A stretch of 63,943 bases of DNA, filler included, from Asterionella formosa (lineage: Eukaryota), in the NCBI GenBank assembly GCA_002256025.1. It is 18 parts of 18 records of this genome, joined end to end, with 100 filler letters (N's around TTAATTAATTAA, not from the genome) between each part and the next. Parts side by side here need not be neighbours in the genome. Positions count along the whole stretch, not along the records: positions 1 to 20,868 come from NKIB01003219.1; positions 20,969 to 41,835 come from NKIB01003225.1; 16 more parts are not named here. One strand, 5' to 3'. Position numbers and translations under genes: made by a program. The notes below the pieces were generated by a model that saw only the letters and a list, made by a program, of their open reading frames with translations, ran no database searches and was not told the DNA's origin. Shown here in pieces: positions 12,012 through 23,583 of the stretch; position 1 is the first letter of the stretch, and each line of letters starts with the position of its first letter.

Positions 12012-13670
12012 ATGAGGAGGAATCAAACAATAAATCTTTCAACTATCATGATACAATATGAAGCCCCCAATAGAATCAACTGGTCGTCAACATGTGCCGT
12101 CGCATCCATTGTGCTTGCGTCCATTCAAAACACAGATGCTTTTCTCAGCACGACAATTAACAAAAGAATACAACAACCTAGTTTTGGCGTCAGTACCGTC
12201 GCCCTACATGCCGAACCGCAAAATACTGGATCTAAATCTCGCATTTCTAGCTATGAAACATTTGGAGACGCTGCGTTGTCCAATGAAACCTTTGAAGCTT
12301 TATACAGCGACGAGCTTCCTGAATGGTTGATTGGCCGAGCAGCTGAATGCGGCTGGATGCATCCAACGCTGGTGCAAGAGCGAGCCCTTGATGCCATATT
12401 TCTAGGAAACGATGTTGTCATTCAGTCACAAACAGGATCCGGTAAGACATTGTCGTACCTCCTCCCTCTTTTTGCGAAAATTGATGCATCCCGAGCTTCG
12501 ATTCAAGCTCTTGTCATTGTACCCACGAGAGAACTTGGCTTGCAAGTGGCAAGAGTTGCTAAACGTCTAGCGGCGAACTCGGAGGGGAAAATATTAGTGA
12601 TGAATGTCTTGCAAGGAAGCATGTTGAAGAGACAGCGCGCTTGGGCCTGGGCAGAACCCCCTCAAGTAGTGATTGGTACTCCAGAGGAGCTGACTAATAT
12701 GGTGAGATTCGGAGGCATTAGATACAACGCTGTTTCCTATGTTGTTGTAGACGAAGTTGATGCATGTCTTCTCAACAATGGAGGCAGCATGGCCACAAGC
12801 CTTGCCAGTAGCGGGGCGCTGCATGAGCTCTTATCCCGGCACTTGTCACCAACCTTTGAAGTTGTTGACAAGTCAGACGATATGCCAGGAGGCATCCGGA
12901 TCGACGAAAAGCCGACCACCCGACCGATTTCTAAAACAAGGCAAACCGTATTTTGTTCCGCCACTATTCCCCAACATCGCCATTTTCTTAAGCAATGTTC
13001 ACAGAATAAATGGACAATACAGGAGCCCGTATTCGTATGTGCAAGTCCCGGTGAGCTCATTCCGCCCACCCTCCAGCATACGTATATGGTTTGTGCCGGG
13101 CAACAACGAAAGCTAGGAGCCCTTCGCAATCTTGTAAAGAAACTGCCAAACATTACCAAAGTCCTCGTCTTTTGTGAGGCAAGTCGCCCCATGGACGAGA
13201 TGGCCCAAGTTTTGGCCAATGATTTGAATGGGATTTTTTGGCGTGAGGGGTACGGTGTGGAGGAAGAATCTGGAGCAGTGGCAGTTGTCGGTGTTCTTCG
13301 CTACGAAGACAGTCTCTCGCAAAGATCGTCGGCTATGCTAGGATTTCAAGGAGGTGATGGCGGTGCTGTGGAAGGTCGCCGATTTTCGGATGAGCAAGAA
13401 GCAGGCAACTCCTCAAAAGTCAGAATTCTTTTTTCAACCGACTTGGCTGCTCGGGGTTTGGATGTTACTGATGTATCTCATGTTATCAACTTCGATCTTC
13501 CACTAAATGGTGATACATATGTGCATAGAGGAGGCAGAGCCGGGAGACTGGGGAGAAAAGGAATGGTTATTTCTTTGGTAACTTCTGATCAGGAGTTTGT
13601 TCTGGAGAGATTGGCGAACAAGTTAGCATTGGACCCAAAATGTATTGCTAGACAGGAACCGAAGTCTTGA
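12012..13670 (+). CDS. DEAD-box RNA helicase (DEVD variant), probably plastid-targeted
   Basis: Q motif PTLVQ, SQTGSGKT, PTREL, DEVD, SAT, TDLAARGLD, HRGGRAGR; hydrophobic N-terminal segment ending TDA-F. Start codon choice uncertain. Confidence 0.92.
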   Translation: MRRNQTINLSTIMIQYEAPNRINWSSTCAVASIVLASIQNTDAFLSTTINKRIQQPSFGVSTVALHAEPQNTGSKSRISSYETFGDAALSNETFEALYSDELPEWLIGRAAECGWMHPTLVQERALDAIFLGNDVVIQSQTGSGKTLSYLLPLFAKIDASRASIQALVIVPTRELGLQVARVAKRLAANSEGKILVMNVLQGSMLKRQRAWAWAEPPQVVIGTPEELTNMVRFGGIRYNAVSYVVVDEVDACLLNNGGSMATSLASSGALHELLSRHLSPTFEVVDKSDDMPGGIRIDEKPTTRPISKTRQTVFCSATIPQHRHFLKQCSQNKWTIQEPVFVCASPGELIPPTLQHTYMVCAGQQRKLGALRNLVKKLPNITKVLVFCEASRPMDEMAQVLANDLNGIFWREGYGVEEESGAVAVVGVLRYEDSLSQRSSAMLGFQGGDGGAVEGRRFSDEQEAGNSSKVRILFSTDLAARGLDVTDVSHVINFDLPLNGDTYVHRGGRAGRLGRKGMVISLVTSDQEFVLERLANKLALDPKCIARQEPKS

Positions 13671-13993
13671 GTGGACTAAATTTTTTACTAAATTGTTTTG
13701 CTTTGTAATTATTTACTGGTACATACCTGGTTGTAGCCTTGAAACGTGCTGAATACATTCTTGCTGTTATAGGTATATGTATACCAAATACAGGGAAAAA
13801 ACCAGTACCAGTACCTGGTAGGTTCCCGTACTGCTGCTCCCAATTCCACCGCCGATGATGTCAGACCGTTTCCCTAATTCTTATCCGGTGCTTTTGATTT
13901 TTGTTTGTGCCGATGATAGCCGTGCTGCTGTTCGTTGTTGATCGGCATTCTTGACCAGCTAGATGTTGATCGCGTAGATACGTATCAATTATC

Positions 13994-14998
13994 ATGAGCT
14001 TTGAATCGTTCAAATCGCAGGTGCGAGCATCGGCATTAATGGCTGCGGAAGCTGCTCGAAGTGTCGCGACGTTGGATCAAATGGCCGCTGACGACCAATA
14101 CATTCATTCCGACGGTCTTAATCTTTCGACGAAAATCAAAAGGCCTAACCATGACTCTCAGAAACTAAAAAATCTGATATATGCGGAAGATATCCAACAG
14201 TCGCAATCTCTTCCTGGCAAAGTAGTTAAGCACCAGTCTTCGCTGCTTCCAATCGTGTCAGGTGTGGTGAATGACAATCGACGACCAGGCGGGAAATCGA
14301 TAGAGTATGAGGCAGATGAAAGTGATGATGACGACGACGCTTTCGATGATCCAATCATGTCCATGATTCGGAAAACTAAATCGAATCGGGATCGTCAACC
14401 CAGCAAACCCTTTCCTCCCAACAATCCAAAGCCAGTTGTTGTTGCTGTTTCAATGGAAATTGACGAAGTCCCGAGAATAAAGAACCCACAGCGCTTCATG
14501 TCAGACCTTGAAGATAGAATCTCCCGGGTTGTAGAAGCTGATCCAGAACCCAATATACAGAACGAGTTGCCCGTGTCGGGGACACATTCAGGAGGTTCAT
14601 TGCCGTCTCGATGGAATCTACTACAGTCCATCACCGGTACATCCATCATTGGTCAATACTTATCCCAACGATCCTTTCAAAAAGATGTAAGAGATGAAAA
14701 ACAAAAAAACGCTAAATTTCCGCTAGTATCTAGACAAGCGAAAGTTGGCAACATGAGCAATGAAGAGGACGAAGACCTTATTCAGGCTGTTGGCTCAAGT
14801 TCGATTTTGGGCACTGAAGAAGCCGCTGAATTGGAAAAAATGCACCTTCTGACCCAACAGTCATCAGATCTGTTCACTATGGCATTTCATATTGTCAAGG
14901 ACAATCCACATCATGTCTTTATAGTCCTCACATTGGTCCTTGGGTCGGCATCTTATTTCTATTCAAGACATCGAGGTACAGAAGACGATGTTACATAG
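13994..14998 (+). CDS. Hypothetical protein, largely low-complexity, single C-terminal TM helix
   Basis: 334-aa ATG-initiated ORF in a gene-dense region; C-terminal VFIVLTLVLGSASYFY followed by a short tail. Confidence 0.7.
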   Translation: MSFESFKSQVRASALMAAEAARSVATLDQMAADDQYIHSDGLNLSTKIKRPNHDSQKLKNLIYAEDIQQSQSLPGKVVKHQSSLLPIVSGVVNDNRRPGGKSIEYEADESDDDDDAFDDPIMSMIRKTKSNRDRQPSKPFPPNNPKPVVVAVSMEIDEVPRIKNPQRFMSDLEDRISRVVEADPEPNIQNELPVSGTHSGGSLPSRWNLLQSITGTSIIGQYLSQRSFQKDVRDEKQKNAKFPLVSRQAKVGNMSNEEDEDLIQAVGSSSILGTEEAAELEKMHLLTQQSSDLFTMAFHIVKDNPHHVFIVLTLVLGSASYFYSRHRGTEDDVT

Positions 14999-15119
14999 AA
15001 AGTCAACCTACGTGTACTAATGTTATGTATACCATGTAGTCGAGTTGTAGAGACAATTGCAATCACTTTCAGGCAAACCTATGCTATTTCAAGCATGGTA
15101 GCCTTCTATCCGATGCCCT

Positions 15120-15797
15120 TTACTGTTTAACATTTTCCTGATCAGTTTTGGCCTTGGCCAGCTTCTTCTCGAGTGTTTTTTGGCGAATAAGATCTTCGTA
15201 CTGCTGTCGATCCTCCCAGTTTTTCTTGGCTAGCTTTCTTGTTTTGACAAATCCGACCATCCCAAGTAAGTTGTTGTAAAATCCCATAAAGAAAGACCTA
15301 ACCGAGTAAAACTTTCCTGATGACTTGGATTTGCTCTTGAGTTCTTTGATCAAAATCACCAACTCTTCACCAGGAGCCAAATCGGCAGGAACACCTTCCA
15401 CGCAAGGTCTGATCCACTTGCCGTTGCATAAGGCCTCACAAGTACCACATTCGCCCTTACCGCAACCATACTTGATAAATTGACCCGCCTGGGAAGCCAC
15501 GTCCGAGAGAGGTTGTCCAACAATGGCCACAGTAGACCTCGTTTCATTGCCCTGCTTGAAAACAACTGGGATCGTTCCAATCAAACCCTTATCCTTGTTG
15601 TCAAAGTCACCTCCACCAATGGTTTCCTTCTTCTTCCATTGGGGTTCGTATCCTTTGCCAGTGTCCTTAGCCGCCACCATCCATCGTGTTGCTGTTGCTT
15701 GCTTGCGGCCATTTTGATGCGGTACAAAGGCAGCTACGGTTGAAGCGAGATATATTGTCGCTAACAGGAAGGTCGGGACTTTTGCGAGAGTAACCAT
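15120..15797 (-). CDS. Plastid-targeted 2Fe-2S ferredoxin-domain protein
   Basis: Bipartite presequence MVTLAKVPTFLLATIYLASTVAA-FVP; cysteine motif CGKGECGTC-x11-C; Lys-rich helical C-terminus. Confidence 0.85.
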   Translation of the reverse strand: MVTLAKVPTFLLATIYLASTVAAFVPHQNGRKQATATRWMVAAKDTGKGYEPQWKKKETIGGGDFDNKDKGLIGTIPVVFKQGNETRSTVAIVGQPLSDVASQAGQFIKYGCGKGECGTCEALCNGKWIRPCVEGVPADLAPGEELVILIKELKSKSKSSGKFYSVRSFFMGFYNNLLGMVGFVKTRKLAKKNWEDRQQYEDLIRQKTLEKKLAKAKTDQENVKQ

Positions 15798-16381
15798 AAT
15801 TGAAGAGGGGTCTTGCTGGGATCCAAAACAGCAGGAGGACGCAAGGAAGGCGTTTGTAATGGCAAAAACAAAAGCGACACCCCCTACATATATTCTATGG
15901 ATACAGTACCTGGTACCAGGTAGTCTACTCGGAATCTGATGGAATGATGCATGTAAAGAAAACGACGTAGAAACGCAGACAACAAAAACAGAAAGCCCGA
16001 TATCAAACTGCAACTTGAATATCTTCCTTCTGGTGGCTCAAAACCCAGATTTAGGGTTCGCATTTGTTCCAAGTATATACGTAAATGAATATAATATAAA
16101 CTCTTTTTGATGCCCTCCAGTTGGCTGCAAGTCTTCGTTGGTGGGTTTCTACATACGTTAATCCTTGTTCTCCGGTTCCTTGGGAGTTCATGGCGAACAG
16201 ATGACATACAGGTATCCAAACAGCAGGAGGCACCAATGTACCGGTGGTAATAGAACTCTCTCCGGCAAATCCATCATAGAATAATTGTTCGCCTCATCTA
16301 CACTACATAATTTCTCCTCGACAGGAATCTGAAGTCGATCTTCAACAACGAAAACAAAGAGGAACAATCTACGGAAGAAGG

Positions 16382-18194
16382 ATGATGAAACAGTTCGCAA
16401 TTCTGCTCCTGGTCGCCATGAATGGCTGCCAAGCCTTCAAATTCATGTCCACATGGAAGCTGCCGTCCTTTCAAGACACTCTCATGGAACAAAAGGTCAA
16501 GGACCGCTTTGGAGACAAGAGTAAGTCATGACTTTGCTTGCTGCCGATATGATGGATTAGCGTTTCACTGACACGACATTGGCCTTTCAGAACTTGTCGT
16601 CATTACTGGAACGTCATCAGGTCTGGGACGAAAGACTGCCGTCGCCTTACTGCGGACTGGGGAGTACCATGTGATTGGTGCTGTCAGAGACATTGAAAAG
16701 ATGGAGGCTGTTGCTGAACTTGATGGCTTTGACCTTGACTCCTTTACGCCCATGCACTGTGAGCTCGCATCCTTTGACAGTGTCAAAGACTTCTGCAAGA
16801 GGGTGGAGGACTTCCGCCTGGGAAAGCCTATCGATCGACTCATTTGCAATGCGGGTGTATACCAGCCAAGTTTAGATCATGCCAAGTGGAGTGCGGACGA
16901 TCATGAGCAGACGATGCAGATCAATTACCTTTCTCATTTTTTGATGGTCAGGTAAGTGTGGTATTTTGATATTCTGACATTAGGAAGGGATCGTTTACTA
17001 ACTAATTCATACTCTTTGTCCTTTCTGTTAAAATGTAGTGAGCTCCTCCCTGCCTTGATGAATGCCCCCGACCCTAGAGTCACTATGGTAGGCTCGGTTA
17101 CTGGAAACGACAACACTGTCGGTGGAGGCGGTGTCTATCCCATTGCTGATCTGCATGAACTAGAAGGATTCCGGGTTGGATTCAAGAATCCTATTGAAAT
17201 GATTGATGGCTATTCTTTCAATGGCGCCAAGGCCTATAAAGATTCTAAGCTTTGTCTCATGATGCTTTCCAATACCCTTCACGCCAAGTACAACAAGCTC
17301 ACTGGAATTGCATTTTCCAGCATCTACCCTGGATGTATCGCTGAGTCTCCTCTCTTTCGCGAAAAGCGCCCTTGGTTCCGCAAGTACTTCCCTGTATTTA
17401 TGAAATTTATTACGGGCGGCTTTGTTGGGGAAGAGGAAGCTGGACAACGACTTTTCCAAGTTGCACACGACCCTCGGTGCAGCAAGTCTGGTGTGTACTG
17501 GTCTTGGAATGGAGGACCCCGTGAAGGTAGGGGATTGGAAGCCCTCGAAAAGGGGGGTCAGATCTCTGGAAGCGGTGGAGCTGGAGGTGGATGGGATTCC
17601 ATCTTCGAAAATGATCAATCTGCAAAGGTTTTGGATATGGAGCTAGCCATGGATTTGTTCAAGTACTCAAGCGAAATTACTGGTGCCGAGTGGCCTGATT
17701 TGAAGCAAGTCACTTCTCCATGCCCTACTCTGAAAGTAATTGGGGGTATCTCCAAGTACATGATTGCCAAGGAGGAGATGAAGAGAATGACGGGGGAGCG
17801 TCCCGGTTTTAATGCGGATGGTACTCCCATCAGGGTAACAAAGCTGAAGAAGACTGCCGCGATTGCTGACAAGGTGGTGGGAAGTGTCGTTGGTAATACT
17901 TTTGGTCGTGTCGGCCGTTTTGTCGGAAAACGACTTTTGGGTAGAATCCCTGACGAGGCGTTCGCCCGGGCCGACCTCAAGGCTGAGCTTGAGAATCTTG
18001 CCGTCACTCCCGTTGCTCAAGTCACTAAAGCTTCGGCTGAGGTCGATCAAGAGGTTGAAGTCAAAGAAGCAACGTCAACTGATATCTCAAGCGCAGACCA
18101 GGCAAGTCTCGAAGACGAGATTGCTAAACAAATTTTCTCGGTCGAATCGTCAGACTCCAAGGAAGCTATCTCAAACACTAATCAGGTTGCTTGA
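16382..18194 (+). CDS. POR: Light-dependent protochlorophyllide oxidoreductase with C-terminal extension; exons 16382-16520, 16591-16951, 17039-18194
   Basis: Presequence MMKQFAILLLVAMNGCQA-F; VITGTSSGLG, CNAGVY, GAKAYKDSKL (YxxxK), YPGCIA, SGVYWSWN; two GT-AG introns that keep frame. Confidence 0.95.
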
Positions 18195-18275
18195 GCAAAG
18201 GATCAGTTTTGTATTTTTTAGGAGGGCATACGCACAGAGCAAGGCAGGAGAAGTGCAAAAAGTAAATAGAAATGA

Positions 18276-19601
18276 TTAAGTATTGTTTTCATTTTTGGAG
18301 CTATTTAACGCAGTTGTTATAGCCGACGCTGTCTCCTCGTCAACCGAATTAGATGTCTTCTTGACAACTAGTACTGGACATGCATTTTCGCTTTTCTGGG
18401 ACCTTTCCAACACTGCCTCATGCAAACATACTGCTCGACCATTCTCGCGGATAATATGAACATACTTTGAAATGAATCCTCTCAAGATGTTGTCCTCTGA
18501 TTCCTTCTCGTCCCAAGTCTTTGCGTGAAGTAGAAACAACACAAGAAAGGAAGGAAGGTACCATAATGATGTCAAAAATATTTTGCGTGCTTTGGCATTT
18601 GTTCGATCATAACGAAATTGGTACGCCACATGCAATGCGTAGCCATTGAGCAAGAATCCCTCCAATGCGAACATACTACTTGTCACATTGGTGAGCGTGG
18701 AAAGAACTGGTATAGTCGACAAAAGCCAAGCATTTCTAACAATAATTTTGGAGGTTTCATCTCCATTCTCCTCTTTTACTGGTACCATCTCAAAACCACC
18801 TCTGGCATAGTCAACTCGATGCATGTAACTCAAGGCCATGAAATGAGGGAGTTGCCAATAGTAAAGAGTCCCGTATAAAAGCATGGCTTCCACATCAAGC
18901 ACGCTTCCTCCTGTTGCTGCAGACCATCCCATTACTGGGGGTATGGCGCCAACGACTGAGTCATTAAGACCATTGTCTGTAAGTAATGGAACGAGGATTC
19001 ATGGTATGGTCGCACAGCTGAAATCATTCACATGGCACGTACCGGCTCCAACCCATGTGTTCCAGACTGTCCGAGGCTTCATATAGGTATACAAACCCGC
19101 ATAAAGCATAATATTGGCAGCTCCAAGCGCAGTTGTGTAAGGATCCGTTCCTAGAGCCAAAATACCTGTCCCACTTATACCCCAAACTGATGCTGCTAGT
19201 GTTGCATGACCGGCAGATAGAGTCCCTTTCACTAATGGCCGTTGCTGTGTTCGTTTCATTTGCGAATCACGATCCACCTCAAAGATTTGATTGAACGCGG
19301 CGGCTGAGCTCGAACATAGCATCGTTCCAGCGCAAGCCGCCGTCATGGTAGTCAAGGGGCCTCCAGCAGCAAGGAAGCCTGCGGCTGTTGTCGCCACCAC
19401 TAGTGCCGAGAGTCTAGCTTTGGAGAGGTCTGAATATGCCTTCAACAAAGAAAAATTTGAAGGCTTCGCATCAACTTTGGTATCCGTTGACAGATGTGCG
19501 TATTGTTTTTGTAGAGCGATGAACATGGCCTTGTTGGGAGGCAAGATTGTAACTGGAGAGGCTTTACCCCGAGATCGGCAGAGCACTCGGACGGATGCCA
19601 T
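18276..19601 (-). CDS. COX10: Protoheme IX farnesyltransferase (heme O synthase); exons 19601-19043 and 18955-18276
   Basis: LSKARLS, NQIFEVDRDSQMKRTQQRPL, NTWVGA|VVGAIPPVMGW, WQLPHF and DYARGG; an 87-bp GT-AG intron restores frame. Confidence 0.93.
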
Positions 19602-20085
19602 TACTTGTTGCTTGGTCTGTTGCTATATGCTGAGTGCACGAAATGTCTGAACCTAGTGATGCTTTGGCACTCAACTCGAGATGCATGAACTCAAATGAAT
19701 GCTTGAAAGAAATGTACCGCTAGTAACTGTTGGTGCACTGCTTTTGTAGTCGACACCAACTTGAATCTCGTTCAGCCATGCATCATGGCACGTTTTCAGA
19801 GAAGTGGTATTGGCTGTTGTAGAGACTACCGGGAACGTAGTCGTAAAAAATTAAACTCTCAGTTAAACCCGTAGTGGAAGCTAGCGCTAGTAGTTAACTA
19901 CCTGGTACCAGTAGTACCGTGCACAAGCTAGCGACAATGATCATGAGGTACCTAGTACCGTTGCTGCTTGCTTCATCGTGTATTTTCCTTCTGCATAATA
20001 ATATGCATATAGCTCATGGTGGGAATCCTGCCGGTGTACCAGGTACCAGGTACCGGAAATACGACTCTATTCCATTTTATGTGTA

Positions 20086-20868
20086 CCACTTAAAAACTGT
20101 AAGCCACCGCTACGGCGACTTTTGAACTGTAAGCCACCGCTAAACGGAGTAAACGCACGGTTTGAACTTAGTTTACAAGATACGCTATTTATTGTCACGA
20201 ACGAGTTGTTCAGATTTATATAGCGAGTAAATACTTTCGTACTTGTATTGTTGCATTGTGTACATTGTTAATTAGGTATTATCGCCCAAAGGTTGCTGTC
20301 GACGTGAAATTGCGAAAATTGGATATTTTCACGTTTACTCGATAGAGCAAGCATCACCTTTTATATACGTATTCAGCTATAATAATATTCCTCCGCTAGA
20401 AAACTAATTTAGTATCCTCTAAAATTTATTTGATATGGCTACGACGTCATTGCGCTTTCGCTCGTGCGCCATAATAAAGAGATAAATTCAGTAATGGAAA
20501 ACGTCAAATAGGAATTCCTGGCGCGCCCGAATTATGAGTACAAAAATTAAATGCAAACACAAACAATCACCCATCACCCATCACAATACCAACATCATGA
20601 TCTCGAAAGCGCCTCGACAATGCAAAGCCTTGCCTCGAAAGAAATTGTCTCCTGAAGAGTTGGTCAGTGTTCAGTTTTGTCTTAACAATGTGATTAGGGA
20701 GCTAGAAGCTAAGAAGGCTAACAATGGTGGAAAAATGTCTCATGGTGCTATTTCTAGGACAGTATCAGCTAAGCAATGCATTTTCCCTTGGATATCTGTT
20801 AACCAAGTGAAGAATGAACTAAAACAAAGTGCTAAACTAGAAGTTAAGTCTAGTACTACTAGTATGTA
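20086..20868 (+). mobile_element. Probable left end and N-terminal ORF (20534-20868) of a TA-inserted DNA transposon (pogo/Tc1-mariner-like), cut by contig end
   Basis: TA|CCACTTAAAAACTGTAAGCCACCGCTA with an 18-bp subterminal direct repeat (AACTGTAAGCCACCGCTA x2), followed by a basic ORF. Class assignment is an inference. Confidence 0.45.
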
Positions 20869-20968
20869 NNNNNNNNNNNNNNNNNNNNNNNNNNNNNNNN
20901 NNNNNNNNNNNNTTAATTAATTAANNNNNNNNNNNNNNNNNNNNNNNNNNNNNNNNNNNNNNNNNNNN
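20869..20968. other. Artificial contig linker N44-TTAATTAATTAA-N44; others start at 41836, 43219, 44602, 45985, 47367, 48749, 50131, 51513, 52895, 54276, 55657, 57038, 58419, 59800, 61181, 62561
   Basis: Identical 100-bp unit with stop codons in all six frames; flanking contigs decrease steadily in length. Confidence 0.98.
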
Positions 20969-23287
20969 GGATGGGGAATTATTTGCTAACCACACGCTCA
21001 AGACCGAGTTGTCTCTGCTGCACATCTCGGTGGAGCCCACTGGCGCGTACTCCTCCTCGCAAAACGGAAAAGCTGAGGTCTCCATTAAACTTATTCGACT
21101 CACGGCTCAATGTCTCTTATATGGAGCACAAATGGATCCCTCACTAGTATGGTGTTTTGCTGTCACATATGCCACTTTTCTTCTTAATGTTCGGCCTTGT
21201 GATGCCCATAATGGTCGCACCCCTCATGAAGTGTTCCACAAACAAGCACCTAATTTATCAATGGCCTTTATTTTTGGCTCTCCGCCCCATGTCAAGAATC
21301 GACACGCCAGTCGGCATCGTCCTGATTCTAATACACTTCTTGGGACTTTTGTTGGTTTCCAAGGGACTGCGCATATCTACCAATATATTGGGGATTCCGG
21401 CCGGGTTCAATATGCTCATCATGCTGTTGTTGATGAACTTTGTGTTCACAGACTTCCTAGTGATCGGTCTCCAGCAGCAAAAGCTCTCCTGAATCACTCA
21501 GCTGTTGATGTTTCCATTTCAACACACACGGCCGCTTTGAAAACAGCAATCTCTGATCTTATCCCAAGTTGTTTACCATGGCTAAATCACGACATGTCCG
21601 TAACACAAATTTCTGATCTATTACCAGATGAGGCGCATGGCTTACTTCTCCGTTACCATGCTGATCTAGCACGATGTGAGATAATTGGGATTGAACCCAA
21701 TAGTGCTTTCGGGCGTCGTATGACGAAAGGCCCTATACAAATATTAAAGGGTAGAGTGCTGTTACAGATTAACGGAAATGACGTACGCACTATCAATGAT
21801 ACTGAGGAGATACTTGATGGATATGTCCTTGCTACACATGGGCGTCTTTCTTTAAGTGATCCTCATGATCCACGATTCGTTCCTGGTATGCTCACCAACC
21901 TCACTCTACTGTCGGTGAAGAAACCACGCACAAACCATGACTGGAAAGATACATTCTCCTTCAGTGCAGGGGACATCAGTATGCTTCGCCCAGGATTTAC
22001 TGTCTCTTCCATCACTTCTCATCCCAATACACTCTGTCCACGATCAATTCATGAAGCAATGAAAGGACCATTTCGAGGAGAATGGACCGCGGCGCTCTTT
22101 CATCATCTAGATAACTGTCATAGCATTGGGACCTTTCGCGCTCCAGGCCTTCCACCTCATGATGCAACTCTGCTTCCGGCTGTTTTGGTTCTCAAACATG
22201 TGGTGAATTCAGCCCAACAGATAAATGATCGCAAAGTTCGGCTATGTGTGAATGGCAGCTATCAAATGAAAGGAATGGATTATACTGAATCATTTGCTCC
22301 CACCATACTCGCCATGTCGATCAAAGTTTCTAATCTTGGAAAAGCTTGGGTGTGGAAATGTTTGCTCATGTCCAAGGGCGCAAAGATGCTTCTCGAGAAT
22401 GGGGAGAACATGTTGATAAAGTGCTCTGTGGACAAATGGGCCTAATCAAAAATCGCGCAGATCAATGCATCTACCAAGGTACAATTAATCAATGTCATGT
22501 CATCTTAGCCAGAGCCACTGATGATATTTTGGTCGGAACTTTGTCACTGGATACATACAACCATATTGTTACTACTCTTGAATCTCACTGGAAGATACAC
22601 AATATGGGGCAAGTCTCTCATTTTTTTGGCCTCAGATTCCTTTTTAGTTCCAATTGTATGACAATTGACCAAACTCATATGGTTCGTGCCGCAAACAAAG
22701 TAAAACAGCATACAATACTACTGAAGCAGAACTTGATGCAGCCACCACCTTATCTAAACATGTTTTGTGGCTACGCATTTACATGGAGGATAGTATGTCA
22801 ATTCCTTATCATGATGCTATCTCCATTAGAGAAGACAATTCTCCTGCACAAATCATTGCGCATGCTGGTAACTTAAAACGCAATGTCCCTCATATTGCTA
22901 CAAAACGCAGGCTTTGCAAGAAACTGTCCGTCATGGCAGAGTCCATTTTACCCGGGTCTCGTCTGCTCACAATTTAGCCGACCATTTTACCAAGGCACTC
23001 CCGTATTCTACTCTACGTGCACATTGCATGACTATGATGGGATATCAATTTATTGATGCCGGTCATCGTGCGGTCGCCACGCTCGCACGAAGTGACAAAT
23101 CAGTTCTTTGACAATCATTGATTCTACTCCTTTTATCTCATTTTGTTATGAGATGGGGGGCTGTTATGAATCACCTCTTTACATGACGTGTCAGTATATG
23201 TCTGTGTCTGTTTGTCAGACAGTACCTGTGCATCTTATTTAAATCATCGTTCTTCTATATCAACTTAATCTAATCACTCTTTTAACA
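20969..23287 (+). mobile_element. Ty1/copia 3' portion (integrase, RT, RNase H; deleted and frameshifted), PPT and 126-bp 3' LTR 23162-23287
   Basis: SSSQNGKAE (integrase), RKVRLCVNG..QMKGMDYTESFAP and ATDDIL (RT), EDNS and LADHFTKAL (RNase H); AGATGGGGGGC|TGTTA...TAACA. Confidence 0.9.
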
Positions 23288-23583
23288 AAGACACCTTCCA
23301 ATTTCCGTTTCAGCTTGTCAGGTTAGTTATCGGACTCCCCTCTTCTATCGTCTCCTCGTTCATCGACCTCGTCAATCTCTCTTGTCCCCTCTTTCACTGC
23401 ACTTCTCCATCAGCTTTATCCTGAATAGAAATGGAACGGCTGTTGGTGATGGTATACTTATTCAGATGAAAGTGCATACCATCACGAAAAAGTCCTGAAG
23501 TTTTGTAGATTGGAATTGAATGATTTATAAGTAGTAAGCAATGAGTATGTTTAACAAGTTAACAAGTCAAGAAGTCAAGTTGT

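Noticed and set aside
12737..13219. Long antisense ORFs within real genes (also in POR, COX10 and copia pol)
   Set aside because: Shadow ORFs expected opposite coding sequence; they carry no motifs.
20913..20924. Regularly spaced TTAATTAATTAA palindrome (~1.38-kb period after 41.8 kb)
   Set aside because: Artificial six-frame-stop linker. The spacing reflects length-sorted contigs, and adjacency across linkers has no biological meaning.
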